Origin: Mytilus edulis
Taxonomy: Eukaryota
Direction: 5' to 3'
DNA length: 64,000 nt
Assembly: GCF_963676685.1 (NCBI RefSeq)
Contig: NC_092347.1
Coordinates: 310,001-374,000 of the forward strand
Shown here: one piece after another, positions 1 to 14,134 of the stretch
Layout: each line of letters opens with the position of its first letter
Position numbering within the stretch: the stretch's first letter is position 1
Notes under the pieces: model-generated
Database searches by the model: none
What the model was told of the DNA's origin: nothing
Seen by the model: the letters and a program-made list of their open reading frames with translations, nothing else
Made by a program: the position numbers and the translations under genes

Positions 1-451
1 CTCCCTGACAATTTTAGTGATTATATATAATCCCTAAACTGGCCAGTGGTTCTACATAATCCCTGAAAATTTCAGGGATTCTACATAATCACTGATTATA
101 CAAATTCACTGTAACATATATACAGTGCACTGTAATATATACATGTATGTGTGTGATAAATATATTTTCTTATTTATTTTCTTTCTGTTAATATGTTTAT
201 ATTATATTTCCTTTGGTTATTTAGTTTGAATATTCTTATATAATATATCAAACCAAGAATCCATAACAAAGCAATAAAAAAGAAATCTCTAATACTGGTA
301 ATAACGTGATGAAATATAGTAGACAGGTTTTCTCTATCTCGTACGAAATTTATAATGCGCGGAATTAATGACTACATATAAATCATAATTTAATAACTGT
401 TTTAGAACCGAATGTCTGTAAGAAATAAGACTTGTATATAAATAATATAAA

Positions 452-990
452 AATAGGAAGATGTGGTATGATTGCTTATGAGACATTTCACTACCACAGA
501 CCAAATTACACATAATAAAATTAGCAACTATAGGTCACCATACGGCCTTCAACAATGATTAAAACCCATACCGTACAAGTCCACTTTAAATGGCCCCGAG
601 ACGACAAAGGTAAAACGGCACAAAGGATAAAATGAACAGCCTAATTTATGACACAAAACAATAAACGACAAACAAATATGATATATAGCCTCAATCGACA
701 ACCCCGGAATTACAGGCACCTGACTCCTGACAAAGAATGTGGCTACGGTGAAACATGTTTGTAGTGGTCCAACCCTACTTCTTACATTGGACAGCACAAC
801 ATATCATGAACAAATTGTAAAATTCAGTTGAAAAGAGCTTATATCATCAAAGCAGAAAAAATAACCGCACATGGTAGGGTATTTAGACATTCCCACAAAA
901 AAAAGACACTTAGTACAGATCTGAGAAGACTCGCAGTTACTGGCCAATAACTACTAGTTAAAATATCGTGTATTTTAGACTAATATAAGC
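452..990 (-). mobile_element. Degraded 3' part of a dispersed retroelement-like repeat (family 'Y'), including a decayed twister-like segment at about 710-795
   Basis: The terminal motif GGAAGATGTGGTATGA..GAGACA recurs at 1372-1480 (opposite strand), 37838-37930 and 42928-43022. Internal AGGGTT..AAACATGTTT..GTCAGG (minus strand) parallels the element at 21143-22193. The right boundary is approximate. Confidence 0.55.
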
Positions 991-1371
991 TGTATTTTAG
1001 AGAGGGATGACAGTTATAATGATATCCCAGGTTAATGCAAATGACTGGGTAATACTTAAAAGAAGAAGAAAATACACTATATATACATATTCAAATACCT
1101 TCACACTCAACCTGGACTAATTCTATCCTAGGAAGTAAATACCTTATACTTAGGAAGTATATACCTTATACATTTCCTGCAGTCAACACAGTTAATTTTA
1201 TTTACATCAGATTTCAGAGGGAGGCTTTGTCTCCAAGAAGCCGTCTGTTTCCTTTCTTTTTATTTAAGTAAGATATCTAGGGGCAGATGATGTCTCGTTT
1301 AAATTACCTTCAATTATCAATCTTATACAAAAAAACTTGTGAGAAATTTTTCTTTCAGTTGATTTACAAAA

Positions 1372-1480
1372 CAGGTATTGCTTGAAGGCCGTACTTAACC
1401 TATAATGGTTTACTTTTACAAATTAAGACTTAGATAGAGAGTTGTCTCATTGACACTCATACGGGACCACACCACCTTAT
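1372..1480 (+). mobile_element. Short terminal fragment of family Y repeat
   Basis: TTGAAGGCCGTACTTAACCTATAATGGTTTAC...GAGAGTTGTCTCATTGACACTCATAC is the reverse complement of the copies at 37838 and 42928. Confidence 0.65.
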
Positions 1481-2165
1481 ATCTCTACAGGTATATAACA
1501 CTATGTGTATTTATATCCGGGAATTGTTTGTTTTTGTCTAAGAATTTACTGAATACTTTTGGTGGGTACCGTTTTTCAATATACGCAAACATCGAAATCT
1601 TAAACATCTTTATCGCAAGATGGTACATTATGATGAAATTTCCAAATGATGAAATCAATTAACAATATCCGTATTCGTCGATTCGGTCAATAAGAAAGGA
1701 TAAAACAAAATATGGGTCAATATCCGCTTAGTTTTCAACATAGATGGCTTTGAATGGTCGAATGTAATTTACCTAATAGTTCTGACAAATTGGTTGATTG
1801 AAACCACGTTAGCCTAGTGCCATATTTTGGCAGATAAAAAAGACGGTATGCTAATTAGTACTGACTACTTATATCCAGGAGATGACGTGTAATGCATGTT
1901 ATTCACTCTTGTTAAAATGATAAGACGCATACTTTTATAACGCGCTAAAACTAACTGGTATAGTGATAAATGTAACGATGGCTTGAAAATAGTTTATGAT
2001 GTACAAAACAATTAAACGATATCAATTTTAAATTCTAGATTCTCACAATAATTTTATCATCAATCTAATAATATGATTCGATCTGTAAGAAGTATATTGT
2101 GAAATGATATAAAGAAATACATTCTTTAGACTTGTTGAACAGCCAACAACCTTATTTATAATATT

Positions 2166-5100
2166 GGACAGAGGTCTCGGAGACATCATACCAACAACAT
2201 CAGGATAGATGTCTCAGAGACAACAAATCGACATCACAATCAAAGTAATATAGAATAGATGTCACAGAGACACCAAACTGACAACACAATTAAAGTAATA
2301 TGGATAGATGTCATAGAGACAACAAACTGACAACACAATCAAAGTAATATGGATAGATGTCACAGAGACAACAAATTGACAACACAATCAAGTCGTATAG
2401 GAGAGATGTCACAGAGACAACAAACTGACAACACAATTAAAGTAATATAGAATGAATGTCACAGAGACAACAAACTGACAAAACAATCAAAGTAATATAG
2501 GATAGATGTCACAGAGACACCAAACTGACAACACCATCAAAGTAATATAGGATAGATGTCACAGAGACACTAAACTGACAACACCATCAAAGTAATATAG
2601 GATAGATGTCACAGAGACACTAAACTGACAACACCATCAAAGTAATATAGGATAGATGTCACAGAGACAGCAAACTGACAACACAATCAAAGTAATATAG
2701 AATAGATGTCACAGAGACACTAAACTGACAACACTATCAAAGTAACATAGGATAGATGTCACAGGGACAACAAACTGACAACACAATCAAAGTAATGATG
2801 GAAAGATGTTTCAGAGACAACAAACCGACAACAAGTTATCAAAGTAATGTGGGAAAGATGTTTTAGAGACAACAAACCGACAACACTATTAATGTAATTT
2901 GGTAAAGATGTTTCAGAGACAACAAACCGACAACACTGTTAAAGTAATGTGGGAAAGATGTTTCAGAGACAACAAACCGACAACACTGTCAAAGTAATGT
3001 GGGAAAGATGTTTCAGAGACAACAAACCGACAACACAAACTAAAAAATATTGTATAGATGTTTCAGAGACAACAAACCGAGAGCACTATCAAAGTAATGT
3101 TGGATAGATGTTTCAGAGACAACAAACCGACAACACTATCAAAGTAATGTGGGAAAGATGTTTCAGAGACAACAAACCGACAACACTAGCAATGTAATGT
3201 GGGATAGATGTTTCAGAGACAACAAACTGACAACACTATCAAATTAATGTGGGAAAGATGTTTCAGAGACACCAAACTGCCAACACTATCAAAGTAATGT
3301 GGGTTAGATGTTTCAGAGACAACAAACCGACAACACAAACTAAAAAATATTGTATAGATGTTTCAGAGACAACAAACCGAGAGCACTATCAAAGTAATGT
3401 TGGATAGATGTTTCAGAGACAACAAACTGTTAACACAATCTAAAAAGCATAGGATTGATGTTTCAGAGACAACAAACCGACATCACTATCAAAGTAATGT
3501 GGGATAGATGTTTCAGAGACAACAAACCGACAACACTATCAATGTAATGTGGGAAAGATGTTTCAGAGACAACAAACTGACAACACAATCTAAAAAGCAT
3601 AGGATTGATGTTTCAGAGACAACAAACCGACAGCACTATCAAAGTAATGTGGGAAAGATGTTTCAGAGACAACAAACCGACAACACTAGCAATGTAATGT
3701 GGGATAGATGTTTCAGAGACAACAAACTGACAACACTATCAAATTAATGTGGGAAAGATGTTTCAGAGACACCAAACTGACAACACTATCAAAGTAATGT
3801 GGGTTAGATGTTTCAGAGACAACAAACTGACAACACTTTCAAAGTAATGTGGGAAAGATGTTTCAGAGACAACAAACCGACAACACTATCAAAGTTATGT
3901 GGGAAAGAAGTTTCAGAGACAACAAACCGAAAACACTATAAAAGTAATGTGGGAAAGATGTTTCAGAGACAACAAACCGACAATGCAATCTAAGTAATGT
4001 GGGAAAGATGTTTCAGAGACAACAAAATCGACAACACTATCAAAGTAATGTGGGAAAGATGTTTCAGAGACAACAAAACAACAACACTATCAAAGGAATG
4101 TGGGATAGATGTTTCAGAGACAACAAACTGACAACACTATCAAAGTAATGTGGGAAAGATATTTCAGAGACAACAAACCGACAACACTATCAAAGTTATG
4201 TGGGAAAGATGTTTCAGAGACAACAAACCGACAATACAATCTAAGTAATGTTGGATAGATGTTTCAGAGACAACAAACCGACAACACTATCAAAGTAATG
4301 TGGGAAAGATGTTTCAGAGACAATAAATCGACAACACAAACTAAGTAATGTGGGAAAGATGTTTCAGAGACAACAAACCAACAACACTATCAGAGAAATG
4401 TGGGAAAGATGTTTCAGAGACAACAAACCGACAATACAATCTAAGTAATGTGGGAAAGATGTTTCAGAGACAACAAACTGACAATACTATCAAAGTAATG
4501 TGGGAAAGATGTTTCAGAGACAACAAACCGACAACACAAACTAAGTAATGTGGGAAAGATGTTTCAGAGACAACAAACTGACAACACTATCAAAGTAATG
4601 TGGGAAAGATGTTTCAGAGACAATAAATCGACAACACAAACTAAGTAATGTGGGAAAGATGTTTCAGAGACAACAAACCGACAACACTATCAAAGTAATG
4701 TGGGAAAGATGTTTCAGAGACAACAAACCGACAATACAATCTAAGTAATGTTGGATAGATGTTTCAGAGACAACAAACTGACAACACTATCAAAGTAATG
4801 TGGGAAAGATGTTTCAGAGACAATAAATCGACAACACAAACTAAGTAATGTGGGAAAGATGTTTCAGAGACAACAAACCGACAATACAATCTAAGTAATG
4901 TGGGAAAGATGTTTCAGAGACAACAAACCGACAATACAATCTAAGTAATGTGGGAAAGATGTTTCAGAGACAACAAACCGACAATACTATCAAAGTAATG
5001 TGGGATAGATGTTTCAGAGACAACAAACTGACAACACTATCAAAGTAATGTGGGAAAGATGTTTCAGAGACAATAAATCGACAACACAAACTAAGTAATG

Positions 5101-5735
5101 TGGGAAAGATGTTTCAGAGACAACAAACCGACAATACAATCTAAGTAATGTGGGAAAGATGTTTCAGAGACAACAAACTGACAACACTATCAAAGTAATG
5201 TGGAAAAGATGTTTCAGAGACAACAAACCGACAATACAATCTTAGTAATGTTGGATAGATGTTTCAGAGACAACAAACCGACAATACAATCTAAGTAATG
5301 TGGGAAAGATGTTTCAGAGACAACAAACCGACAATACAATCTAAGTAATGTGGGAAAGATGTTTCAGAGACAACAAACTGACAACACTATCAAAGTAATG
5401 TGGGAAAGATGTTTCAGAGACAACAAACCGACAATACAATCTTAGTAATGTTGGATAGATGTTTCAGAGACAACAAACTGACAACACTATCAAAGTAATG
5501 TGGGAAAGATGTTTCAGAGACAACAAACCGACAATACAATCTAAGTAATGTTGAATAGATGTTTCAGAGACAACAAACCAACAATACTATCAAAGTAATG
5601 TGGGAAAGATGTTTCAGAGACAACAAACCGACAACACTAGCAATGTAATGTTGGAAAGATGTTTCAGAGACAACAAACCGACATTACAATCTAAGTAATG
5701 TTGGATAGATGTGGAAGACACAACAAACCAACAAA
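2166..5735. repeat. 50-bp tandem satellite (about 70 copies)
   Basis: Unit GATGTTTCAGAGACAACAAACCGACAACACTATCAAAGTAATGTGGGAAA, with 50-bp period visible directly. A variant subfamily (GATGTCACAG..ATATAGG) occupies about 2200-2790. Confidence 0.97.
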
Positions 5736-7143
5736 AGTTAAAGTAGAAATTATTTTATGGTTTTTCAGATTTAAGCGGAAATCATAATCTCGTTCTTTAG
5801 TTTTTTTCTTTATTCTGTTTATGTTTTTGATAAATATCGTTAAAAGTGGGGTTTCTTTATTCTGTTTATGTATTTGATAAATATCGTTAAAAGTGGGGTT
5901 TTCTTCTTACTTATCAAACAACTAGTATGTTGTAAAACGATTTAACATCGCCAAATATTCAATAGCTAAACAATATCTTATCTTAGAATAGCTGTTTGTT
6001 TGAAACAAATATTTCAAAATATGTATTGTAAAACATTTTCTTCCGCTTGGAAATGCTATTGAAATTGTATAATGTGTTCTCTTGAATATATCACGTATGT
6101 ACTGATACTGAACTTTTGTTTGTAATTTATACAGACATCACTTGTAATGAATATTTAATAAATATAGTAAGTAAGTCTTTTTACTCGTGTCACTAATAGT
6201 GATAGTAACAATATATTATTTAGTCCATTAGGAACTCCTCTGAATTATAGCAATCGCATCACGCTATGGTGCCGTACTCTATTGTGATCACTATACACAG
6301 AGAACGTAATGGACTGTATAACGTATAATGCCTATCGATTTAACCATGTCTTGGGACAAGTCGTCTTATGTAATTTACTATAATAATAAAGCAGAAATGA
6401 ACAATTGTTTTCTATAATTTGTTTTTTTTGCCAATCATATTTTTTTATAACTGTCATATATATAGTGAATAAAGGAACATGGCGAATATGTGTGTCATAT
6501 ATAAAGTAAGTAAAGGAACATGACGAATATGTGTGTCATATATGGTAAGTAACCAGAAGACCCGAAATCGGAATTTAACAACAGGCCAGAACTATAGGGA
6601 CAAATGTTTACAGAGAGCAGAACAGATATATGTATAGTTATGGCTTAGATTTTAAGCTTGCAGAACAGGACTTTTAGGAAGGGTGGTGTATAGGAAATTA
6701 CTATAAGGAGTGCCCTTGGAATAACTGTGTGGAGTGATTGGTGTACAAAGCAAGACTGTCAGGGGAGATGGTTCTACATGGTAGGACTATAAGGAGAGAT
6801 GGGGGTGTATATTGCATGACTATAAGGACAAGTGTGTGTACAGGGCAGGACAGATAGCTAATGGTATAGATTTAACTAGCGCTCCTCTATGTATGGCAAG
6901 ATATGACATTATAACATGAAGTTTTCAACTCGAGACCAGAATATATCTCTTCGCTTGAGCTTTCCTTGGCGCCAGATAAGTCTCTTAATTTTTCCGAACA
7001 AAAGGTCCACATTAATGTTTAAGAGAAAGCGACAGGTAATTACTAAAATGAAATAAGGCTGTCGTATAATTGGAAACAAAATAAAGATTTGCATTTAAGT
7101 TTTTCATGTTTCAAATGAATGCACGAATGTTTCATTTACTATT

Positions 7144-7448
7144 GTCACATATGATATATCACTTGAGAATGTAATAAATAAGTACCAGATAACGGCATAC
7201 TAGTCACATATGATATATCACTTGAGAATGTAATAAATAAGTACCAGATAACGGCATACTAGTCACATATGATATATCACTTGAGAATGTAATAAATAAG
7301 TACCAGATAACGGCATACTAGTCACATATGATATATCACTTGAGAATGTAATAAATAAGTACCAGATAACGGCATACTAGTCACATATGATATATCAATA
7401 GGAAATGTAATAACGGTCAAATAAATACCAGATAAAGGAATACTAGTC
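7144..7448. repeat. 59-bp minisatellite, about 5 copies
   Basis: GTCACATATGATATATCACTTGAGAATGTAATAAATAAGTACCAGATAACGGCATACTA repeated; the first four copies are identical. Confidence 0.95.
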
Positions 7449-8004
7449 TTTATAGATTTTGTTTTAATCAAATTAGATACACAAGTAGTTTAGGTTATGT
7501 TTTAGTAATGGATTTAGAATAAATGAAGACTTGTAATTGTTCTTGAGTAAAAAGGTCAGTCAAATCAGCCGAATAGAATGTACAGATTTAATTTGACGCA
7601 AAGTTTTCCTATTAACGCCTAATTTAAGTCAACATTGTGGAGAGAACAATCATTGTTCCGATGAACTATTGGTATTCAACAATAAAAATTATTTAAAACC
7701 GTTTATAATAGTTATAATGTAAAACCCACTGACGTTTCACTGTCGCTTTGTAAATACAAAGATATCATGTTGTTACTGTAATATATTAATTGTATAGAAT
7801 AATGTTCCATCTTGAAGGCATGTTATTAAATCCCAGGCAAAATAAACGACCAGTGAAGTAAGGGTTCACATCGTGAAATCCCAATTTAACATTGAAGAAA
7901 TGTTCACAGATTTTATATCTTAATTTTCCAAAATGTGAGCCACTCTTTCTTTGGATTAAAGACTAAATTGATCTCGTACATTGTTTCAAGAATTAATAAA
8001 TTCT

Positions 8005-8110
8005 TCACGCCTTCGTTTGCAGAATTTTGCTCGCTGTATTGAAGACAAATTGGTGGCCTTCAACTGTTTTCTGCTTTTTGATCGGGTTGTTGTCTCTTTT
8101 GAAACATTCA
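8005..8110 (+). mobile_element. 3'-terminal fragment of family X (Penelope-like element tail)
   Basis: TTGAAGAC..TTGGTGGCCTTC..TCGGGTTGTTGTCTCTTT matches the reverse complement of 21143-21285. Confidence 0.7.
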
Positions 8111-8190
8111 CATATAATATATAATACAACAATTAAAGCGTTCTCTATATTGAGATACGATCATAGATTGGTATTTCTGTTTGAAACTAA

Positions 8191-8512
8191 TGCTGAGTTC
8201 ACACGTAATTCGAATTCGATTCGCATTAACTAATTCGAATTAGTTTAATTCGCATTCGAAACGTTTAACGTCCTAACGTCAATTTTAATTCGAATTACAA
8301 TGCGCGTCAAATTCGCTTTACTGTCCAAAACGACGTTAACTTTTTAAAATTTGTATTCACAAACGCGTATTTCTAATGCGAATTAGATAATTCAAATTAG
8401 CCAATTCCAATTAATTCAAATTAAAAAAGAAGAGTGTGTGAACGCGATTTGCGAATTCGATTCGCATTCGATTCGAATTCAATTCGAGTTAAATGTCCGT
8501 GTGAACGAGGCA
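8191..8512. mobile_element. PIF/Harbinger-like MITE (322 bp)
   Basis: Imperfect TIRs TGCTGAGTTCACACG / CGTGTGAACGAGGCA, flanked by TAA on both sides (8188-8190, 8513-8515). The interior is rich in ATTCGAAT/ATTCGC motifs. A TAA target duplication is typical of PIF/Harbinger. Confidence 0.75.
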
Positions 8513-8749
8513 TAAAAGATTCAATAGGACCTCCAACTTTCCAGGTTTCTCAAGAAATACCATGTATTATTTATTTATATATATATCATGAACATTGAAT
8601 AATATACATAAAACATGCATAACAAAATAGAATAATAAGCACACAATTACTAAATTTTTTTCTAGTTTCACACAATTTGCAGTCCACAGGATAGAAGAAT
8701 GGTAACTTTGACTTTCAAACAATTTTTGGACCTGAATACCAGTTGACCA

Positions 8750-9012
8750 AAGTTGTATAAAGGCCTCCAATTTGTATAAAGCCTTCAATTTGATAGTTAT
8801 ATATAAAGCCTCTAATTTTATAGTTTTGTATAACGCTTCTAATTTGTATAAAGCCTCCAATTTGATAGTTTTGTATAAAGCCTCCAGTTTGTATAAAGCC
8901 TCAAATTTGTATAAAGCCTCCAGTTTGTATAAAGCCACCGATTTGATAGTTTTGTATACAGACGCCAATTTGATAGTTTTGGATAAAGCCTCCAATTTGA
9001 TAGTTTTGTAAA
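8750..9012. repeat. 18/30-bp mixed minisatellite
   Basis: TTTGTATAAAGCCTCCAA with an optional TTTGATAGT block; this explains the repetitive ORFs at 8567-9084. Confidence 0.85.
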
Positions 9013-9117
9013 ATTGCACGAGTCCAGAATATGAATGAAGTATTGTCTAGACTGGGCAACAACCATATCTAGACTGGACAACAACCATATACGTAAATAT
9101 GTATATATATAGATATA

Positions 9118-9228
9118 GAGGAATCAGTTAAGGACCCCCTCCGGGAGTGGGATTTTCTCGCTTGTTATATGTACTTTGGTCGGGTTGTTGTCTCTTTGAC
9201 ATAGTCCCTATTTCCATTAGCAATTTTA
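9118..9228 (+). mobile_element. 3'-terminal fragment of family X
   Basis: AAGGACCCCCTCCGGGAGTGGGATTTTCTCGC...GGTCGGGTTGTTGTCTCTTTGACA..TTTCCATT..AATTTTAT. Confidence 0.7.
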
Positions 9229-9319
9229 TGATAGACACATGTCATTTATTTTGAATACATTTAAAATATACGGAAATTAAACCTCAGTCTACTTCGCAGG
9301 AAAATAGATATTAGTTTTA

Positions 9320-9450
9320 AGAAGTCTTACCTAATACTTGTATAATCCATGATATGATAATAGAGAAGTCTTACCTAATACTTGTATAATCCATGGTATG
9401 ATAAAAAAGAAGTCTTACCTAATACTTGTATAATCCATGGTATGATAATC
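9320..9450. repeat. About 44-bp tandem triplication
   Basis: AGAAGTCTTACCTAATACTTGTATAATCCATGGTATGATAA occurs three times. Confidence 0.9.
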
Positions 9451-10769
9451 CACAGGTAGTAACTTATTTCACATAACATATCCATCTGTCAAATCTTCAA
9501 TATTATCATTATATAACCCTTCACATTTATAGGTAAATCTCCTGTACATTTATCGTTGATATATTATCATTCTTATTTCGGCATTAGATTTCCGGAGACA
9601 CTTTATTTGCAATGTTCATGAATCGAAAATAACAATTACTAAATATTTGATGACTTTATAATTAGGACCGTTACAGATCATTTGTTATATCCAATAGGAT
9701 AATCTAGTATTCCATGTGAGAAATGTAATTAGATGATTAATAACAAGTTATTATATTCGATAACTTCTCGGAACACATGACCTATAAGAATTCAATATCA
9801 GATATATTAAGACGATATGCTCAGATGATTTAATTTATTGAGTAACTGCGATAAACTCTAATCACATCAGAATTCCTATATTCCTGTTTACAACGATGGA
9901 TTAAAGTGGACGATTCCTCTTAAAATAGCAGATCATACGGTAGCACAAAAATAATTAAAAACAGCCAACTGAATGTTTAGTGACTGTGCATGCCGATATT
10001 CCATTTAGAAATGGCAGAGAAATAGACTATGTGGATGTTTAATTTACTTATGTATATTGTTTATGACAACGTGTTCCGTTAATAACGCCTGTAGTCGTAT
10101 TTATGTCTTCTACTATAGTAGTTAGCCATCGCGTGGTTCTGTTACTACACGTTCATGTATTCGATATATTACTTAGGATAAACAACTAATGAATGAAAAT
10201 AATTATTCAATTTATCTTTAGTCATGCAAGTGCACATTTTTGTTTTCTTCTTTTTGCCTTATATGTCTTCTGCTTAAAACTACAATTAACACAACCTGCT
10301 CATTTTTGCAATGAAATAAAAACTTATTGCACGTATTTTATGTTTTGTTCTAATTCATTTATCTTATTTTTTTTAAATATTTTTCATAATTCTTATTTCT
10401 CAAACTTATAGTTGTTTTTATTTGTTTATTTATTCATTTTGTTGTTTATTAACATGCTAATTCCGTTTTACTAACACTTATTTGTCGACGACCATACTAC
10501 AATAAGAGACAAATTCACAAAGACATTGTTATTGGCAAATTAAAAGTGATACTTTAGTAGATTAAGATTTGTTTCAGAAGTAACAAGAGCGATGTCATTA
10601 ACGAAGCAATGCTACTGACCCTTCTGAAACGCTAACGTGTTTAAGGAGTACCACGAGCGTTGTCAATAATGAAGAAGTCCTGAACAAATGACCCCTCCAG
10701 AGCCAGAGCAGAAGTGTTTTGAGAGTTAACGCAACATTTGTCAGTAATGACAATGGAACTACTGGTTCT

Positions 10770-12827
10770 TCCAGAGCAGTGTTTTCTTGAGGCAACGACA
10801 AGGCAACGACAGTTGTCTTTAAAGGATCAGGAACCTCTGTCCCTTTCAGAGAAACAGTGTTTTCTTGAGACAACGATAGTTGTCTTTAAAGGATCAGGAA
10901 CTTCTGTCCCTTCCAGAGAAACAGTGTTTTCTTGAGGCATGCAACGACGGTTGTCTTTAAAGGATCAGGAACCTCTGTCCCTTCCAGAGAAACAGTGTTT
11001 TCTTTAGGCAACGACAGTGGTCTTTAAAGGATCAGTAATCTCTGACTCTTCCAGAGAAACAGTGTTTTTTGAGGCAACGACAGTTGTCTTTAAAGGATCA
11101 GGAACCTCTGCTCTTCCAGAGAAAGTGTTTTCTTGAAGCAACGACAGTTGTCTTTAAAGGACCAGGAACCTCTGTCCCTTCCAGAGAGACAGTGTTTTCT
11201 TGAGGCAACGACATTAACGAAGCAATGCTACTGACCCTTCTGTAACGCTTACGTTTTTTAGGAGTACCACGAGCGTTGTCAATAATGAAAATCCTGAACT
11301 AATGACCCCTCCAGAGCCAGAGCATAAGTGTTTTGAGAGTTAACGCAACATTTGTCAGTAATGACAATGGAACTACTGGTTCTTCCAGAGAAACAGTGTT
11401 TTCTTGAGGCATGCAACGACCGTTGTCTTTAAAGGATCAGGAACCTCTGTCCCTTCCAGAGAAACAGTGTTTTCTTGAGGCAACGACAGTTGTCTTTAAA
11501 GGATTAAGAACCCCTGTCTCTTCTAGAGAAACAGTGTTTTTGAAGCAACGACAGTTGTCTTTAAAGGACCAGGAACCTCTGTCCCTTCCAGAGAAACAGT
11601 GTTTTCTTGAGGCAACGACAGTTATCTTTAAAGGATCAGGAACCTTTGTCCCTTCCAGAGAGACAGTGTTTTCTTGAGGCATGCAACGACCGTTGTCTTT
11701 AAGGGATCAAGAACCTCTGTCCCTTCCAGAGAAACAGTGTTTTCTTGAGGCAACGACAGTTGTCTTTAAAGGATCAGTAACCTCTGACTCTTCCAGAGAA
11801 ACAGAGGTTTCTTGTGGCAACGACAATTGTCTTTAAAGGATTAAGAACCTCTGTCTCTTCTAGAGAAACAGTGTTTTTGAAGCAACGACAGTTGTCTTTA
11901 AAGGACCAGGAACCTCTGTCCCTTCTAGAGAAACAGCGTTTTCTTTAGGCAACGACAGTTATCTTTAAAGGATCAGTAACCTCTGTCCCTTCCAGAGAAA
12001 CAGTGTTTCCTTTAGGCATGCAACGACCGTTGTCTTTAAAGGATCAGGAGCCTCTATCCCTTCCAGAGAAACAGTGTTTTCTTGAGGCAACGACAGTTGT
12101 CTTTAAAGGATCAGTAACCTCTGACTCTTCCAGAGAAACAGTGTTTTCTTGAGGCAACGACAGTTGTCTTAAAAGGACCAGGAACCTCTGTCCCTTCCAA
12201 AGAAACAGTGTTTTCTTGAGGCAACGACAGTTATCTTTAAAGGATCAGGAACCTTTGTCCCTTCCAGAGAAACAGTGTTTTCATGAGGCATGCAACGACT
12301 GTTGTCTTTAAAGGATCAGGAACCTCTATCCCTTCCAGAGAAACAGTGTTTTCTTGAGGCAACGACAGTTGTCTTTAAAGGATCAGTAACCTCTGACTCT
12401 TCCAGAGAAACAGAGTTTTCTTGAGGGCACGGGCAGTTGTCTTTAAAGGATCAGAAACCTTTGACTCTTCCAGAGAAACAGTGTTTTCTTGAGGGCACGG
12501 GCAGTTGTCTTTAAAGGATCAGAAACCTCTGACTCTCCAGATTAACAGTGTTTTCTTGAGGGCACAGGCAGTTGTCTTTAAAGGATCAGTAACCTCTGAC
12601 TCTTCCAGAGAAACAGTGTTTTCTTGAAGCAACGACAGTTGTCTTAAAAGGATCAGTAACCTCTGACTCTTCCAGAGAAACAGTTTTTTTAGGCAACGAC
12701 AGTTGTCTTTAAAGGAACAGGAACCTCTGTCCCTTCCAGAGAATCAGTGTTTTCTTGAGTCCAGGGCAGTTGTCTTTAAAGGATCAGGAACCTCTGATCC
12801 TTCCAGAGAAACGGTGTTTTCTTGAGG
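10770..12827. repeat. About 67-bp tandem satellite, with its about 190-bp leader duplicated (10596-10790 and 11211-11410)
   Basis: Unit GCAACGACAGTTGTCTTTAAAGGATCAGGAACCTCTGTCCCTTCCAGAGAAACAGTGTTTTCTTGAG. The leader CATTAACGAAGCAATGCTACTGACCC occurs twice. Confidence 0.93.
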
Positions 12828-13496
12828 TACGTATTGACGATAACTGTCCTTGACCCAAGATACGTCCAAAGAAAGTGTTTTTTTGCGGCATGCAACAACC
12901 GGAAGTAGCTATTTCTGTATTATTTAATGTTCATGTATATAGAACCATATATTTTTGGAAATGGTGTCAAGTAGGCAATCATTTAATACCGGAAGTGACA
13001 TTATTTTTTAAACCGGAAGTAACACATTATCTCCTTTATAACAAATTTTGTATAGAAACCATATTTTTTGGGATTCATCGTATACAATAAGCTATCATTT
13101 GACGCTGGCAATTACATTTTAAACCGAATTTTAATATTTTCATATAAAAATAGATCTTTAAGGGTGGAACGACCTTACATTGTTTACTGAACAATTGTTT
13201 TTTTTTAATTTGTATATGACAATCTCAACCAGATGCGTTAAGCTTAAACATTGTTCATAGTCTAGGACAGCTAGGATGTAAAATATTTAACACATTCGGG
13301 CTTTGTGTATCAGTTTAATACCACACTCTGGCCTCCGGTCGTCGGGGTGATATCACACTGACACACCGCGTTCTAATAAAATAACCATTACTGAACCTAG
13401 CATGCAACACATCATGTTCAGTATATCCACGCATCAAATTTTGGTATGAAACTAGGCGTTTTGTAACATTTATTCGTTCTCTGTGAATATGGTATA

Positions 13497-14134
13497 GGTA
13501 GCAATACACAGTTAAAAGTTTAGTTTCGCATTATGGTCATGTTGAATTTTTAAATTATGAAAGTTTTTTGTACAATAAAATTGATTTTTAGATAGTTGAT
13601 GAATAATATAGCCTTCCTTGTGAGTTTATATGAACATTCAGATTGTTTTTGACATGTTTAATAGGCCATTTTCTGCTTGACAGTAGGTTTTTTCCTATCC
13701 ATACCGCCCGTAGGTCAACAAAGATTTGACGCTCGATCTTTTCAATTAAATTTTATTGAAAAACGAGCAAAAATACATAATACATATGAATTTTTGTTTA
13801 CCTCTTGATAGATATGTGTCTATGGTTTCAGGAAAGGTATCACTCTAATTGATTGAAATTTTCCTTTGGACCAAATTTTGAGACTTTTTCACCCCTGTTT
13901 TCTGCAATATTTTATATCAGATAAATGCAGATTGTTGTCATGGTTACACCAAAAAGAGATTATATTTCACCTTTTTAACTATTGAAAATGATATCTATAG
14001 AAGATGCTCTTTCCAGAAATATACACATGTATAACACAAATAGTAAGCCTTATTTATTAGATAGGAAGGAAAAGAGGTTGGTTAAACATTATGAGTGTCA
14101 ATTTTAAGTTTTTTTCTAACTGTGTATTGCTACC
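13497..14134. mobile_element. MITE with 18-bp perfect TIRs (Kolobok-like)
   Basis: GGTAGCAATACACAGTTA / TAACTGTGTATTGCTACC. The flanks are TATA / ATAT (possibly a decayed TTAA), so the superfamily assignment is tentative. Confidence 0.75.

Noticed and set aside
1-116. Possible transposon end (ATAATCCCT repeats ending CACTGTAACA)
   Set aside because: The other end lies outside the window, so it cannot be verified.
3508-4548. ORFs in the 50-bp satellite
   Set aside because: Satellite translation artefacts.
8567-9084. 150-aa LEALYK repeat ORF
   Set aside because: Product of an 18/30-bp minisatellite open on both strands.
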